Shown: one piece after another, positions 28,462 to 42,620 of the stretch | Layout of the letters: every line of letters starts with the position of its first letter | Position numbering within the stretch: position 1 is the first letter of the stretch | From: Eledone cirrhosa | Lineage: Eukaryota | Direction of reading: 5' to 3' | DNA: 64,000 bases | Assembly (NCBI GenBank): GCA_964016885.1 | Contig: OZ024756.1 | Span: 35,154,001-35,218,000 of the forward strand | Made by a program: the position numbers and the translations under genes | Notes under the pieces: generated by a model | Told to the model about the DNA's origin: nothing | Database searches by the model: none | What the model saw: the letters and a program-made list of their open reading frames with translations, nothing else

Positions 28462-28790
28462 TGTTGTGGTGGTGCTGGTGGTGATGCTGGTGTTGGTGAA
28501 GGCAGTGGAAATAATGGTGGTGGTGGTAATAATGGTGGTGGTGGTGGTGGTGGTGGTGGTGGTGATGCTGGTGTTGGTGAAGGCAGTGGTAATAGTGGTG
28601 GTGGTGGTGGTGATGCTGGTGTTGAAGGCAGTGGTAATAATGGTGGTGGTGGTAATAATGGTAGTGGTGGTGGTGGTGATGCTGGTGTTGGTGAAGGTAG
28701 TGGTAATAATGGTGGTGGTAATAATGGTAGTGGTGGTAATAATGGTAGTGGTGGTGGTAACAGATGGTGGTGGTGATAGTAGTGGCAGTG
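28462..28790. repeat. Cryptic (GGT)n trinucleotide repeat
   Basis: Seen directly. Confidence 0.9.
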
Positions 28791-29724
28791 GGCAGCCATT
28801 TCTTGTGAAGCTGGTTCATATTCATACTTTCATTTGTTTATCTTAGTTTCCTGCGCGCGCGTGTGAGAGAAACATTTGATTGAAGGATTGATGTATGTGC
28901 ATGTCTTTGTGTATGTGCGTGTCTTTGTGTGTGTGCGTGTCTTTGTGCGTGTGTCTTTGTGCGTGTGTCTTTGTGTATGTGCGTGTGTATATTTGCATGT
29001 TTGTGTATGTGAGTGCATGTCTGTATGTATGTATGTCTGTATGTGTGATCCTGTCTACATGCATATGTCTATGTGCATGCATGTCTGTGTATATGCGTGT
29101 CAGTGTGCATACATGCATGCGGTGCACATAAAATATGCAAATCATTTCACATTGTTTTGGTTTATTTCCTTTCCTACCATTTCCTGAGACTTTCTCCATT
29201 GATGACTCAGCCGAGGAATTTCTTCAAATATGTCCCCTCTTCCTTCCAAACCATCCCTCCATTCTATTTCTCTACCCTTCCCCTTCCCTCCCTCCATTCT
29301 ATTTCTATAACCCCTTCCCTCCCTTCATTCTATTTCTCTACCCCACACCTCACTCTTCCATTTGTTCAAATAATTGAAAAATAGAAACAAATTCCGAAAT
29401 TCCAAATATTCTATGTGAAATCCCACAATAACAAACTTCAATAATAACCTTAGCAAAGTCTTCCTAATTTTCTAAAGTCTCGTTACTTCTAGTTATATTG
29501 ACATAATTTCAATAATTGAATTAATTCTTTTAGTTCTAATGTTGTTGGTATTTGATATTTTATTGCCTGCCAGGCTGGGATTACATTTAAATTTTTATAT
29601 TGAAAAAATAATAGAAAATAACACATAAATAGATAGAAAAAAAATAACAAAAAAACAAAACAAAACAATTAAGGGTATTTTGATCAAATGTGTTTTATTG
29701 ACTTTATCTGAATTTGTGATTTAA

Positions 29725-30162
29725 CCCGGGCATATCCAGTCAGAATTCTCTTCTGTTCAAACCGGCTATAACTGGCCAGAATTCTCTCAGCTATTTCTGT
29801 TCAAATCGGCCATAACTGGCTGGAATTCTCTCGCCTCTTTCTGTTCAAACCAGTCGTAACTAGTCAGAATACTCTCCCCTCTTTCTGTTCAAACCAGCTA
29901 TAACCGGCCACTCGTACTGACGTTAAGGTAGTTTTCAAAATAAATATCATCAAAATCTTGTAGATTCAATATAATTGTTTCTACTTTTGGCACAAGGCCA
30001 GCAATCATCCCAGTGTATTACTGGTACTTTATTTTATCGACCCGGTAAGGATGAAAGGCAAAGTTAACCTTGGCGAGATTTGTAGATTCAATATAATGAG
30101 ATAATTATGTAAGATACAGCCTTTACCATGTAAATACAATAGTATATATAGAGTATATAGGG
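29725..30162 (-). mobile_element. MITE A copy with internal tandem duplications, interrupted by a truncated SINE family 2 insertion
   Basis: The SINE (about 29976-30080) is flanked by the direct repeat tgtagattcaatataat. Confidence 0.8.
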
Positions 30163-30459
30163 TTAAAAACTAAACTGTAAATGGCAGTGCCCCAGAATGG
30201 TCTCAGCCTATTGGCTGGAATATGTAATACAGTGATAGATGTAACGTCTTTGGTACATGGGGGTAGATGTACCAGTAATGATTGGAGCACATGGGGTGGA
30301 GTAGGAGGTAAAATGTGTATATATATGATCACCGTTTTATGTCCATTTTTCCACGCTAACATGAGTTAAATGAGTTGTCCTGTTGTGGGCAATGCTAGAT
30401 CAGGTGACCATGTCTTGCTTATATATATATATATATATATCTATATATATATATATATA

Positions 30460-30765
30460 TGTAGGTGAGTTTTATTGTAGCACAATAAAGCAATGCAAAT
30501 ATCAGATAAGTAGCACTCAACAGTTTATAGGACTGGAGTATAAATAATATAAAATCAAAAGATGGTTAAAAGAGTTCCATGTATTTTATTATGCGCATTT
30601 CAAAAACAAATATCATCATGGGATGATATTTGCGTTCTCATCAGATAAAATAGGGAGATATGATATGAAGCTTAAAAAACACTTGCGAGCAGTGAAGTGT
30701 TAAATCAACATGTTGATAATAAAATACATGGAAATCTTTTAACCATCTTTTGATTTTATATTATA
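30460..30765. mobile_element. Penelope-like remnant with ~45-bp inverted arms (about 30546-30592 / 30717-30762) between (TA)n tracts
   Basis: Visible inverted arms and a hammerhead motif; shares the flank motif ..TGTTGAGTGCT.. with the element at 9110-9135. Confidence 0.6.
30582..30652 (-). ncRNA. Type I minimal hammerhead ribozyme motif
   Basis: Minus strand reads UAUUUUAU-CUGAUGA-GAAC-GCAAAUAUCAUC-CCAU-GAUGAUAUUUGU-UUUU-GAAA-UGCGC-AUA-AUAAAAUA. Stem III AUGCGCAU is palindromic and stem I is identical to the 8997 motif. Confidence 0.7.
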
Positions 30766-30774
30766 TATATATAT

Positions 30775-31080
30775 AAATGAAAGTATAGAAATTATATAAG
30801 TGACTATATCGTCAAAATTCAAAATAATTAACGTAAGATGTGGGAAAATAATTCAAACTCAATTTAAAAAAAATTAAGACATAGATTTATCCATAGAATT
30901 TTGTGAAATCCAGGGAAAAATCAATAGAGCCTTAACTCTGAATAAAATAAAGTTTAAATACTCATCCTTCAATTTGGAAAAACTTCAAATGCTCTATATA
31001 GTCTTAAAAAGACCATTTCACGAAACTTTCAGTGGGGATGGTCACGGTTGGAATCGTTCATCAGTAGAGCTCAACACAAT
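30775..31080 (-). mobile_element. Hammerhead-bearing dispersed repeat; related truncated copy at about 41307-41615
   Basis: About 230 bp of clear similarity between the two loci; both are flanked by (TA)n. Confidence 0.65.
30991..31070 (-). ncRNA. Type I hammerhead ribozyme motif with full stem III
   Basis: Minus strand reads GCUCUA-CUGAUGA-ACGA..(loop)..UCGU-GAA-AUGGUCUU-UUU-AAGACUAU-A-UAGAGC. All three stems close and the cleavage triplet is AUA. Confidence 0.72.
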
Positions 31081-31198
31081 ATATATATATATATATATAT
31101 TACGTAAGAAACGGAGAATCAGTGGTGCGATGAATAAAATTTATTAGACACATTACAATCGTTTCTCTGGCATACGGACGCTTTAAGCATCCCACACC

Positions 31199-31241
<43 letters not shown>

Positions 31242-31437
31242 AATGTAACATGTTAAATATGTTAGAATTATGTGCTTCTCAATAAATTAGCTTAATAGAC
31301 ATTATCCAGAGCAATATTAAGTCAAAAGTAGAAGATATATGTATATATAGAGAGAGAGAACACCATCTCTCTCTCTCTCTCTCTGTCTATACAAAAGACA
31401 TATAATAAACATATAGTTAGTTTTGTAAGTATTTTAA

Positions 31438-31647
31438 CCCTTTAGTATTCACATTACTCTATATATACTATTATATTTTCATGGTAAAGGCTTTACCTCG
31501 CATAATTAGCTCGCATAATATCGAATCTATGAGATTTTGAAAGTATTTATTTTGAGAACAATACCTTAACATAAGTTTGAGCAACCAGTTACAGGCAGTT
31601 TCAACAGAAAGAGGTAGAGAATTTTGGCCGGTTTGAACATTAAAGGG
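31438..31647 (+). mobile_element. MITE A copy
   Basis: TTAA-CCC...GGG-TTAA. Confidence 0.85.
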
Positions 31648-32959
31648 TTAAGTTATGATCATATCACAGCTACTGCAACATTGTATATATATAGTTTATT
31701 TTACTGGTGTGCGAATATTTGCTGTAAAGATTTTAATTTTTAATGTGTTGCAGTCATTTTTTATTAAATCTTTCATATGCAAAGTGAGCTGAATAAAAGA
31801 TTGGAGAGGAAGAGTTACAAGAGAAATAACTCGGTCATTACTATACCAAAAATACAGGTCCGGACAGTTTAGGGGGACGTTCTCTGACATGCGGAACAGA
31901 ATCCCAGGCACAAAATACCTTGTGGTCCCAGTTGAGACATTGCCTCAGAAAATCGCTACAGAGATGCAATGAAATAGCCATTCCAATTTACAGGGTTCAC
32001 TCCTGCAAGTGGCTGATGTCATCCCAATAGGCAGTAGGGAGGTGGTCTGGGGACTGAGAATGCTGGAAGTCTTCACTGCTATAGGCTCAATGAAAAATCT
32101 TTTGAGGGAGTGGTTTGTACTTCAGCAGCTTACCTGTCTTCAGCTTGTTGGACAACAATGCCTGGGTCTGACGCCAAGAGCACTGGGATGCTACCCCAAT
32201 CATACAAGCCCACATGATGTGGGAAAATGCACGCTGGCATGCAGAACTTCAAGTGCAAACTACTTCGTAGTCCAGTAGATAGAATGGGGAAAGCTTTGCC
32301 TCAACTGTGTAGCCCTTTGCCTTGTGTAGTCAGCCATCTTTGTGCTGTACACACACACATACACAGGGTGGCAAGCTGCTCAAAGTAATCATAGAAAGAA
32401 ACAGAGAAATCCCTCTCTTGTAGCCCCTTCCTTCATCTCCCTTATAGACAAAAATAAAGGATTTACTGCACCGAGAATGAACTTGTCCATAGTCGATGGA
32501 CTATAAGTAGGTTTCTGTTGAGGTTGATTAGCATAACGAGCAGCTGCTCACTTGGGAGGGAGGGTGTGTGTGTGGTCACTGAAGCATGGCAAAAACTGTT
32601 TTGCTCTTGATGCTGTTTATTAGTCATCATCATTAAATGCATCACTATTACCATCATCGTCATCATTACCATTATTGACATCATCACCATTATTAGCATC
32701 ACTATTACTATCATTATCATCATCATTACTAGAATTATCATCATCACTATTGATTCCATCTTCACCTTTACTATTTACTACCAACTCTGTAAGTAGAAGA
32801 ATGGAGTCTCAACATAGTCAACTTGACCTGTTAGAAATAGTAGTCAAATCTCACATTGGATAATGTAGTCCTAGAAATGTAGTCACTAAAAATATGATGG
32901 AATAGCTATGGACAGGATATATTTGGATCGTGTGTCTTTATTTATGTCTGATCTGGGAG

Positions 32960-33520
32960 CACCCCACCACTGCCAACACTACCACCACTGCCAACATCAC
33001 CACCAACACCACCACTGCCAATATCACCACCAACACCACCACCACTGCCAATATCACCACCAACACCACCACCACTGCCAATATCACCACCACCAACACC
33101 ACCACCACTGCCAATATCACCACCAACACCACCACCACTGCCAATATCACCATCACCAACACCACCACCACTGCCAATATCACCACCAACACCACCACCA
33201 CTGCCAATACCACCACCACCACCACTACCACCACTGCCAACATCACCAACACCACCACCACCACTGCCACTGCCACCACTGTCAACATCACCATCACCAA
33301 CACCACCACTACCACCACTGCCAACAATATTATCACCACTACCACCACCACCACCACCACCACCACCACTGCCTACTTCACCACCATCACTGCCACCAAG
33401 ACCACTGCCAACAACATCAACACCGCTACAAACACCTCTGCCACCACCGTCACCACAGACAATACCACCACCACCACCACCACTGCCAACAACACCAAGA
33501 CTGCTGCCACCCCCCACCTT
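32960..33520. repeat. Cryptic (ACC)n repeat with ~30-bp periodicity
   Basis: Seen directly. Confidence 0.9.
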
Positions 33521-33840
33521 CATTACTGTGACTACTATCACCATTGTGTCACCATTGGTTACCAATGAGTTATTTAAAGTGTTGCTAGGTTCCCCCACTC
33601 AGTTCCTCACATCAATGTTGCAGCAGATAAAAAAAAAAAAATACAATGTTTGCTGCTGTTGTTGTTGTTGCTGTTCATTAAATACAATTTCCTGTGTATT
33701 GCAGCCTGCAGCTGCTATAACAAGATTACCGATGACATCATTGCTCACCGCCAACCAAAATATTTCCTAATGTAACTCTAATGTAATTTTAGGTCCATGC
33801 TTCATTTCACACTGGAAGAATCCATGCTTCACAAATTTAG

Positions 33841-34060
33841 CCCTTTGGCATTTAAACCGGTTGTATCCGGCCAGAATTCTCTCACCTCTTTCTGTTCAAA
33901 CTGGTCATAACTGGCCCCTCATATCAGTGTTAAGGTATTGTTCTCAAAATAAATAATATCAAAATCTCATAGATTCGATATTATGAGATATTACGTGAGA
34001 TAAAGCCTTTACCGTGAAAATACAATAGTAAATATAGAGTAATGAGAATGCTAAATAGTT
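33841..34060 (-). mobile_element. MITE A copy
   Basis: Family sequence with decayed ends. Confidence 0.8.
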
Positions 34061-34721
34061 AAACAATTTCCAAGTATTTTCTCCAGGATTATATTTATTT
34101 TTACGTCACTGAGTCAGGGAGGTGAATTGGTGGAAATGTTAAATCAGATTTTATGTTGGTTTGTTATTTAGTGCAGCAACATACACTAGGAAGTGTTGAT
34201 GTTTAGCTCAAGATTCAAAAGGGTTTCCTGCCATGCCCATCATGTCCTTCTAGGGCTGCTTGCAAATAGATTGTTTAATGTCACCTTTACTTATTGATAG
34301 GGTGTGATTTAAGGGAGATTTGCCTGCTATTTCTAGCAAATGAAGCGACCCTCTAGGGGTTCCCCTAATCCTGAAGCAGGTAATATTAATCTAACAGATA
34401 CCAGCAGTGTCCCAATGGCCTTATAGAACTTATAATTACCATTATTAATGGAATATACAATATAAAATTTATGACTGAAAAAAACACACACCCTAAGGGG
34501 AAGTAGGAATTGATGTTTATAAAATAGCTGCATATTGATAAAACTACTTGATTACCCTATGGGAAGTTATCAATATACATAAAATTAATTGTTATTCTAA
34601 TGAGAAGGAAAAAACAAATTGATCAACAAAAATTAAGCTGTTTATTATACAGTGTTTATATTTATCTAAAAACCTTTAATCATAATTTTATGGAAGAACT
34701 TTTATGTTCCAAATACCATTT

Positions 34722-34872
34722 AATAATTGTTTCTGCTTTAGGCACAAGGCCAGCAATTTTTGGGGAAAGGGGAAAGTCGATTAAATCGACCCCAGTGCAT
34801 TACTGGTACTTTATTTTATTGACTCCGTAAAGATGAAAGCCAAAGCTAAACTCGGCGAGATTAGAACTCGGA
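34722..34872 (-). mobile_element. SINE family 2 partial copy
   Basis: Tail and core motifs are present. Confidence 0.75.
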
Positions 34873-34945
34873 ACAGCATTTCTTGGGCATTTAAATCTAG
34901 CTGAGTCCATTTAAATATACCATAGCCTAATTCTTCTTCTGAAAG

Positions 34946-35512
34946 ATATATATGTATCTATATATATGTATCTATATATATGTATCTATATATATGTATC
35001 TATATATATGTATCTATATATATGTATCTATATATATGTATCTATATATATGTATCTATATATATGTATCTATATATATGTATCTATATATATGTATCTA
35101 TATATATGTATCTATATATATGTATCTATATATATATGTATCTATATATATATGTATCTATATATATATGTATCTATATATATATGTATCTATATATATA
35201 TGTATCTATATATATATGTATCTATATATATATGTATCTATATATATATGTATCTATATATATATGTATCTATATATATATGTATCTATATATATATGTA
35301 TCTATATATATATGTATCTATATATATATGTATCTATATATATATGTATCTATATATATATGTATCTATATATATATGTATCTATATATATATGTATCTA
35401 TATATATATGTATCTATATATATATGTATCTATGTATATGTATCTATATATATGTACCTATATATATGTATCTATATATATGTACATATATATATATATG
35501 TATATATATATA
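34946..35512. repeat. 14/16-bp TATGTATC(TA)n repeat
   Basis: Seen directly. Confidence 0.95.
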
Positions 35513-35801
35513 TGAGAGAGAGTAATTGACTTCAGTATTTAACAGGTACTTTCTTTATCAGTATCCCGAAAAGGCTGAAAGACAAAGTTGCAAAGTTGAT
35601 CTCGGTGGGATTAGAACTTGGAATGCAGGGTGCCAGAAGAAATGCTGCAAAGCATTCTAATGGACGCCATATTGACTCTGTCAATTTGTAGCCTATTGTG
35701 ATAACTGAAGATTGCTTGCAAAACTAATTTAACATAACAATTCTGAACAATTTTCTTTGATTGTTTTCCACTCATTTCTTGGCTATTTATGCAATACTGC
35801 A

Positions 35802-35873
<72 letters not shown>

Positions 35874-36281
35874 ATATATAAACACACGCGCACGCCCCCC
35901 CCCCCCCCGGATGTGTATTGATTACATGTATTCTCACTCGTGGTAATGATTCATTTAATGGTGTGATGGTGGAGGAGATAAAGTTTTAAAGTTCTACATT
36001 TAGAAATGTGAAAATATTGAACATGATGTATGACACCTACAAACTGTCTGGCCATCTGTCTACATATATATATATATGCATATGTATGCATATATATATA
36101 TATGTATATATAGTATTACCAAGGAAAGTGGACATTAAAACGACATTGATGAGATATATATATGTATGTATGTATGTATGTGTATATGTATGTATGTATG
36201 TGTGTGTGTATGTATGTATGTATGTATGTGCGTGTGTATGTGTATGTATATATATGTATGTATCTATGTATACATACAATG

Positions 36282-36315
<34 letters not shown>

Positions 36316-36489
36316 ATATATATGTATGTATCTATGTATACATACGATGATGATATATATATATATGTATGTGTATATGTATGTATGTGTATATGTATGT
36401 ATGTGTATATGTGTGTGTGTGTGTGTATATCTATGTATGTATATATATATGGATATATGTGTGTATATATATATGGATATATGTATGTG

Positions 36490-36520
<31 letters not shown>

Positions 36521-36814
36521 ATATGTTCACGGCACAGGCATTGCTTTATATGTGGAGATCTCTCTGCACTTGTCGTCACATGATACCATGGGCCCAGCAC
36601 TGTCAATAATTGTCACAAGTGTAGTGTTTGTACCAGAGTTTTCAAGTCACTGGCTGGACTAAAGTCACACTCGTTCAGCGGATCGGTAGGGGTTCTCCTA
36701 CATGGATATAAAGTAGTGGCCGTACTCGAAAACGAGTTGGCAGCCACCATGTATATATATATATATAGCGCCAATTCTAATATATATATATATATGTGTA
36801 TGTATGTATGTATG

Positions 36815-36849
<35 letters not shown>

Positions 36850-36863
36850 CCAATTCTAATATC

Positions 36864-36896
<33 letters not shown>

Positions 36897-37007
36897 ATGT
36901 ATGTATGTGTGTGTGTGTATGTATGTATGTGTGTGTGTGTATGTATGTATGTGTGTGTATGTATGTATGTATGTGTATATATGTATGTATGTGTATATAT
37001 GTGTATA

Positions 37008-37038
<31 letters not shown>

Positions 37039-37514
37039 GTATATATATGTATGTATGTGTGTGTGTGTGTGTGTGTATGTGTGTATGTATGTATGTATGT
37101 ATGTATGTATGCATGTGTATGTATGTATGTGTATATATGTGTATGTATGTATGTATATGTATGTATGTATGGTCGAAAAGCAAAGGCAACCTTGGTGGGA
37201 TATAAACTCAGAACGCAAAGGGCCATAACTCTATGCTGGAAAGCTCTACCGATACTGCCAATCCACCACCCTTACATAACAATAATAATAATGGATTATC
37301 TATCGTATGACTGGGATACTATGCCACAGTAGTGTTGTATTTTGAGCCAATCACTGTCCAGTCAGCAGCTAGCCTCTCCTCACTCTTGCTATATAAGATC
37401 AATATTTATTTGTTATTCAATACATATTTTCTCAATGGTGTGCCATCATAATGTAACTTTTGCAGTTGTAAGACAATTTCTTGCTCTAACCCCCCACCTT
37501 TCTTCCGATGTCAT

Positions 37515-38364
37515 ATTGTAGTCTACTGGAATCACTGGAGTGGAACACAGACAGTCTTGTTGTAGTCTAATGGAGTGGAACAAAGTCTTGTTGTAGTCTA
37601 CTGGACTGGAACAGACAGTCCTGTAGTCTACTGGAGTGGAACAGACAGTCTTGTAGTCTACTGGAGTGGAACAGACAGTCTTGTAGTCTACTGGAGTGGA
37701 ACAGACAGTCTTGTAGTCTACTGGAGTGGAACAGACAGTCTTGTAGTCTACTGGAGTGGAACAGACAGTCTTGTAGTCTACTGGAGTGGAACAGACAGTC
37801 TTGTAGTCTACTGGAGTGGAACAGACAGTCTTGTAGTCTACTGGAGTGGAACAGACAGTCTTGTAGTCTACTGGAGTGGAACAGACAGTCTTGTAGTCTA
37901 CTGGAGTGGAACAGACAGTCTTGTAGTCTACTGGAGTGGAACAGACAGTCTTGTAGTCTACTGGAGTGGAACAGACAGTCTTGTAGTCTACTGGAGTGGA
38001 ACTGACAGTCTTGTAGTCTACTGGAGTGGAACTGACAGTCTTGTAGTCTACTGGAGTGGAACAGACAGTCTTGTAGTCTACTGGAGTGGAACTGACAGTC
38101 TTGTAGTCTACTGGAGTGGAACTGACAGTCTTGTAGTCTACTGGAGTGGAACTGACAGTCTTGTAGTCTACTGGAGTGGAACAGACAGTCTTGTAGTCTA
38201 CTGGAGTGGAACAGACAGTCTTGTAGTCTACTGGAGTGGAACAGACAGTCTTGTAGTCTACTGGAGTGGAACAGACAGTCTTGTAGTCTACTGGAGTGGA
38301 ACAGACAGTCTTGTAGTCTACTGGAGTGGAACAGACAGTCTTGTAGTCTACTGGAGTGGAACAG
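37515..38364. repeat. 30-bp minisatellite (ttgtagtctactggagtggaacagacagtc), ~26 copies plus degenerate 5' units
   Basis: Seen directly; an a/t variant is clustered at 38001-38160. Confidence 0.97.
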
Positions 38365-38679
38365 CTATGTTGTACTTTAGTGAAATCACTAGAGAAAAAA
38401 AAAATTACGACTTTAACCACACCTCCCCTTTCCCCAATTTCTTGACTTGTTTCTTAATAACAAAAATTAAAAGATAATTAAAACTGATGGCTAAAGACTG
38501 GAGAAATGCGTCGTTAAGTAGCAATCAACACGTGTATGGAAGCCCATTACCCTCATAACTATGTGTTGTTTATTGAAATACTCCTTGCCAAGCAGAAGAT
38601 CAAATAGATGAAACATTGTTGCTACTCTAGGTTATTTAATCTTAAACACTATTGATTACTGGTGTAAACCAATTGACAG

Positions 38680-39007
38680 TGTATATATGTATATATATAT
38701 ATATATATATAGTGTGTGTATACATATATGTGTATATATGTGTGTGTATGCATGTGTATATACAGTGTATATATGTGTATATATGTGTATATACAGTGTG
38801 TATATGTGTATATACAGTGTATATATAAATGTGTATATGTGTATATACGATGATGATAGTGTATATATATATATGTAGTGTATATATGTAGTGTGTATAT
38901 ATATATATATATATGTAGTGTGTATATATATATGTAGTGTGTATATATATATATATGTAGTGTGTGTATATATATATATATATATGTAGTGTGTATATAT
39001 ATATGTA

Positions 39008-39053
<46 letters not shown>

Positions 39054-39159
39054 TGTATATATATATGTAGTGTGTATATATATATGTAGTGTGTATATAT
39101 ATATATATATGTAGTGTGTGTATATATATATATATATGTAGTGTGTATATATATATGTA

Positions 39160-39205
<46 letters not shown>

Positions 39206-39221
39206 TATATATATATATGTA

Positions 39222-39261
<40 letters not shown>

Positions 39262-39279
39262 TATATATATATATATGTA

Positions 39280-39319
<40 letters not shown>

Positions 39320-39448
39320 TATATATATATATATGTAGTGTATATATATATATATATATGTAGTGTATATATATATATGTAGTGTATATATATATATATG
39401 TAGTGTATATATATATATATATGTAGTGTATATATATATATATATGTA

Positions 39449-39488
<40 letters not shown>

Positions 39489-39508
39489 TATATATATATA
39501 TATATGTA

Positions 39509-39548
<40 letters not shown>

Positions 39549-39935
39549 TATATATATATATGTAGTGTGTATATATATATATATATATATGTAGTGTATA
39601 TATATATGTATGTAGTGTGTATATATATATATATATATATGTAGTGTATATATATATGTATGTAGTGTGTATATATATATATATATATATGTAGTGTATA
39701 TATATATATATGTAGTGTATATATATATGTATGTAGTGTGTATATATATATATATATATATGTAGTGTATATATATATATGTAGTGTATATATATATATG
39801 TAGTGTATATATATATATATATATATGTATGTAGTGTATATATATATGTATGTAGTGTATATATATATGTATGTAGTGTATATATATATATATATATATG
39901 TAGTGTATATATATATGTATGTAGTGTATATATAT
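38680..39935. repeat. GTAGTG(TA)n compound microsatellite
   Basis: Seen directly. Confidence 0.95.
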
Positions 39936-40117
39936 AATCATCATCATCATCGTTTAATGTCTATCTTCCATTCTAGCATGGGTTAGACGGGTTTGTCCCA
40001 CTTCAGGCAAGGTGGGTCAAGTGACCTTGTCTCGCCCATATAGGACTGTTTCTGGCTGGTTTTCTATGGCTGGACCCTTCCTAACACCAACCACATTTAC
40101 AGTGTGTGGACAAATAT

Positions 40118-40165
<48 letters not shown>

Positions 40166-40554
40166 AATAAGGTGGCTGCGCATTGCAAATGGTGGTGCAT
40201 ATGAAAAAGTAAGTCCTTCATCAGTGACCCTCCAACCGTCCCAGGCATTTCATCGCTTTAAGGGCCATATGCCTCAGGTTGGTGCGAACAACGGCTAAAA
40301 AAAAGTCGTTGGGACACGTAAATAAAGGGGACGCTAGGGTAACAAACAAAATGGTTTAAGCAACGGAAAGTGAGAAGAAATAGACAATATATATATATAT
40401 AGGAACAAGTATGAACCCGACGGCAGAGCTCAAGCCATCGGGGTCATACTTGTCATCGGGGTCATACTTGTTCCTATTACCCACTCTATTACCCTAAGTA
40501 TTGAGTACTTTGGTGCGTTATGGTCCATCTGGTTCCTTACCACATTTCCTTCGT

Positions 40555-40585
<31 letters not shown>

Positions 40586-41272
40586 GTGTATATATTGTAT
40601 ATAGTGTGTGACTATGTATGCAGCCTGTTACATTCCAGTTTGTCACTGGTGTAAATGTGTATACAGAACTGACGGTGTACATGTTATATATTTTTATTGA
40701 TTACATCTGTGTGTGTATGTACATGTGTATATGAGTGTTTATATATATATACATGTCTGTATGTACACGTGTGTGTGTGTGTGTGTGTTTATATATATAC
40801 ATGTCCGTATGTACATGTGTGTGTATGTATATATATATATCATCATCGTTAACTACTGAGCTGCAGGTTTTATATCGGAATTATCCTAGTTTCCTGAGTT
40901 GTCTTCTCCTAGAAGAATGCCCTGACAAAGGCTAGGGGTCCTTCACTTAATGGTATATCGTGCAATGGCCATACTCGATAACGAGGGGGCAGCCATCATA
41001 TATCATTATCATCATCATCGTTTAACGTCCATCTTCCACGCTTGCATGGGTTTGGATGGGAGTTTTCTCACTTGAGGCAAGATTGGTAATCCTGCTCGTA
41101 TAGGACTGTCTGGCGGGTTTTCTACGGCTGGATGCCCTTCCTAACACGAACCATGTTTACAGTGTGGACTGGGAGGTTTTTATCGTGTTACCTATATGGC
41201 CACATTACAGCATGGACTGTGTTTTTTTTGTCGTGACACCTACATGTCTGGTGGGTTTTCTACGGCTGGGTG

Positions 41273-41310
<38 letters not shown>

Positions 41311-41964
41311 GAAAATAGAGAAATTAATGTGAGCAAGAAGCCAACAGTAATTCATACATATAAGTGACTATTACATCAAGATGGAAAATATTTAACGTAA
41401 GATATGGGAAAATAATTCAAACTCAATTAAAAAAAAGTCAAGACAGAAATTTTATCCACAGATTTTGTGTAATCCAGGGAAAAAAACCAATAGTCTTAAC
41501 TCAGAATAAAATTAAGGGTAAATACTTATCCTTCAATTTGGAAAAATCTACAAATGCTCTATATAGTTTTAGTGGTCTGTCAGAGCGCTACATAGTCTTA
41601 AAAAGACTTTCACGAATATATATATATATATTGTTATATTTGGGGAGGGTCTTGCTGTCTATATAAATGCACCAGTTTTCAGGGTGGGGTGATGGTAGAA
41701 AAACAATTGTTCTTTAGGGGATCATCATCATTTCTATTTTTCTTTGCCCACATGAATTGGCGATATTTTTTTTTATTAAATTTTATTTTCTTCCTAAATT
41801 TTCTTTTGAATATTGAGAAAATCCTTTAAACTATTTCACATAAATGTAGATAGAATGTGAAACAGCTGTATTTCTTTTCTTTGTTGTTTATTTATAAGTA
41901 TTTCTATCTTATTGTATTGGAGAGTTTTATATGTTGAAAGAATAAATACTATCTACATGGCTTC

Positions 41965-42620
41965 ATATTATTAGGTCAGGAGGTCGTTAGAAGTCTAAAT
42001 GTTAGGTCATGAAGTCATGACAGGTCAATTGTTAGGTCACAAAGTTATGACAGGTCAAAGCTAGGTCACAGTTATAACAGCTCTAATTGTTAGGTCACAA
42101 TCATAACAGGTCTAGTTGTTAGGTCACAATCATAACGGGTCTAGTTGTTAGGTCACAGTCATAACAGGTCTAGTTGTTTTGTTAGAAAGTCATAACAGGT
42201 TTAGTTGTTGGGTCACATGCTAGTTAGTACCAATTGTTAGGTCACACGCTAGTTAGTACCAATTGTTAGGTCACACGCTAGTTAGTACCAATTGTTAGGT
42301 CACACGCTAGTTAGTACCAATTGTTAGGTCACACGCTAGTTAGTACCAATTGTTAGGTCACACGCTAGAATGTGTTTATTAATGTGTCAGTAGCTATGTC
42401 TAATGTGTATCTGTTAGTGTGGCAATAACTATGTCTGGTGTATCTGTTAATGTGGCAATAACTGTCTGGTGTATCTGTTAATGTGGCAATAACTATGTCT
42501 GGTGTATCTGTTAATGTGGCAGCAATAACTATGTCTGGTGTGTTTGTTAATGTGGCAATAACTATGTCTGGTGTATCTATTAATGTGGCAGTAACTGTCT
42601 GGTGTGTTTGTTAATGTAGC
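41965..42620. repeat. Two adjacent degenerate minisatellites (~29-bp and ~33-bp units)
   Basis: ttgttaggtcacacgctagttagtaccaa units, then ttaatgtggcaataactatgtctggtgtatctg units. Confidence 0.88.

Noticed and set aside
32908-33598. Mucin-like, His-rich or Gly-rich ORFs (also 28371-28846)
   Set aside because: Cryptic trinucleotide repeats open in all frames; no unique flanking domain.
37446-38477. 300-324 aa decapeptide-repeat ORFs
   Set aside because: 30-bp minisatellite with near-zero synonymous variation, inside an intron.
40205-40235. Minus-strand CTGATGA core
   Set aside because: No GAAA or stems downstream.
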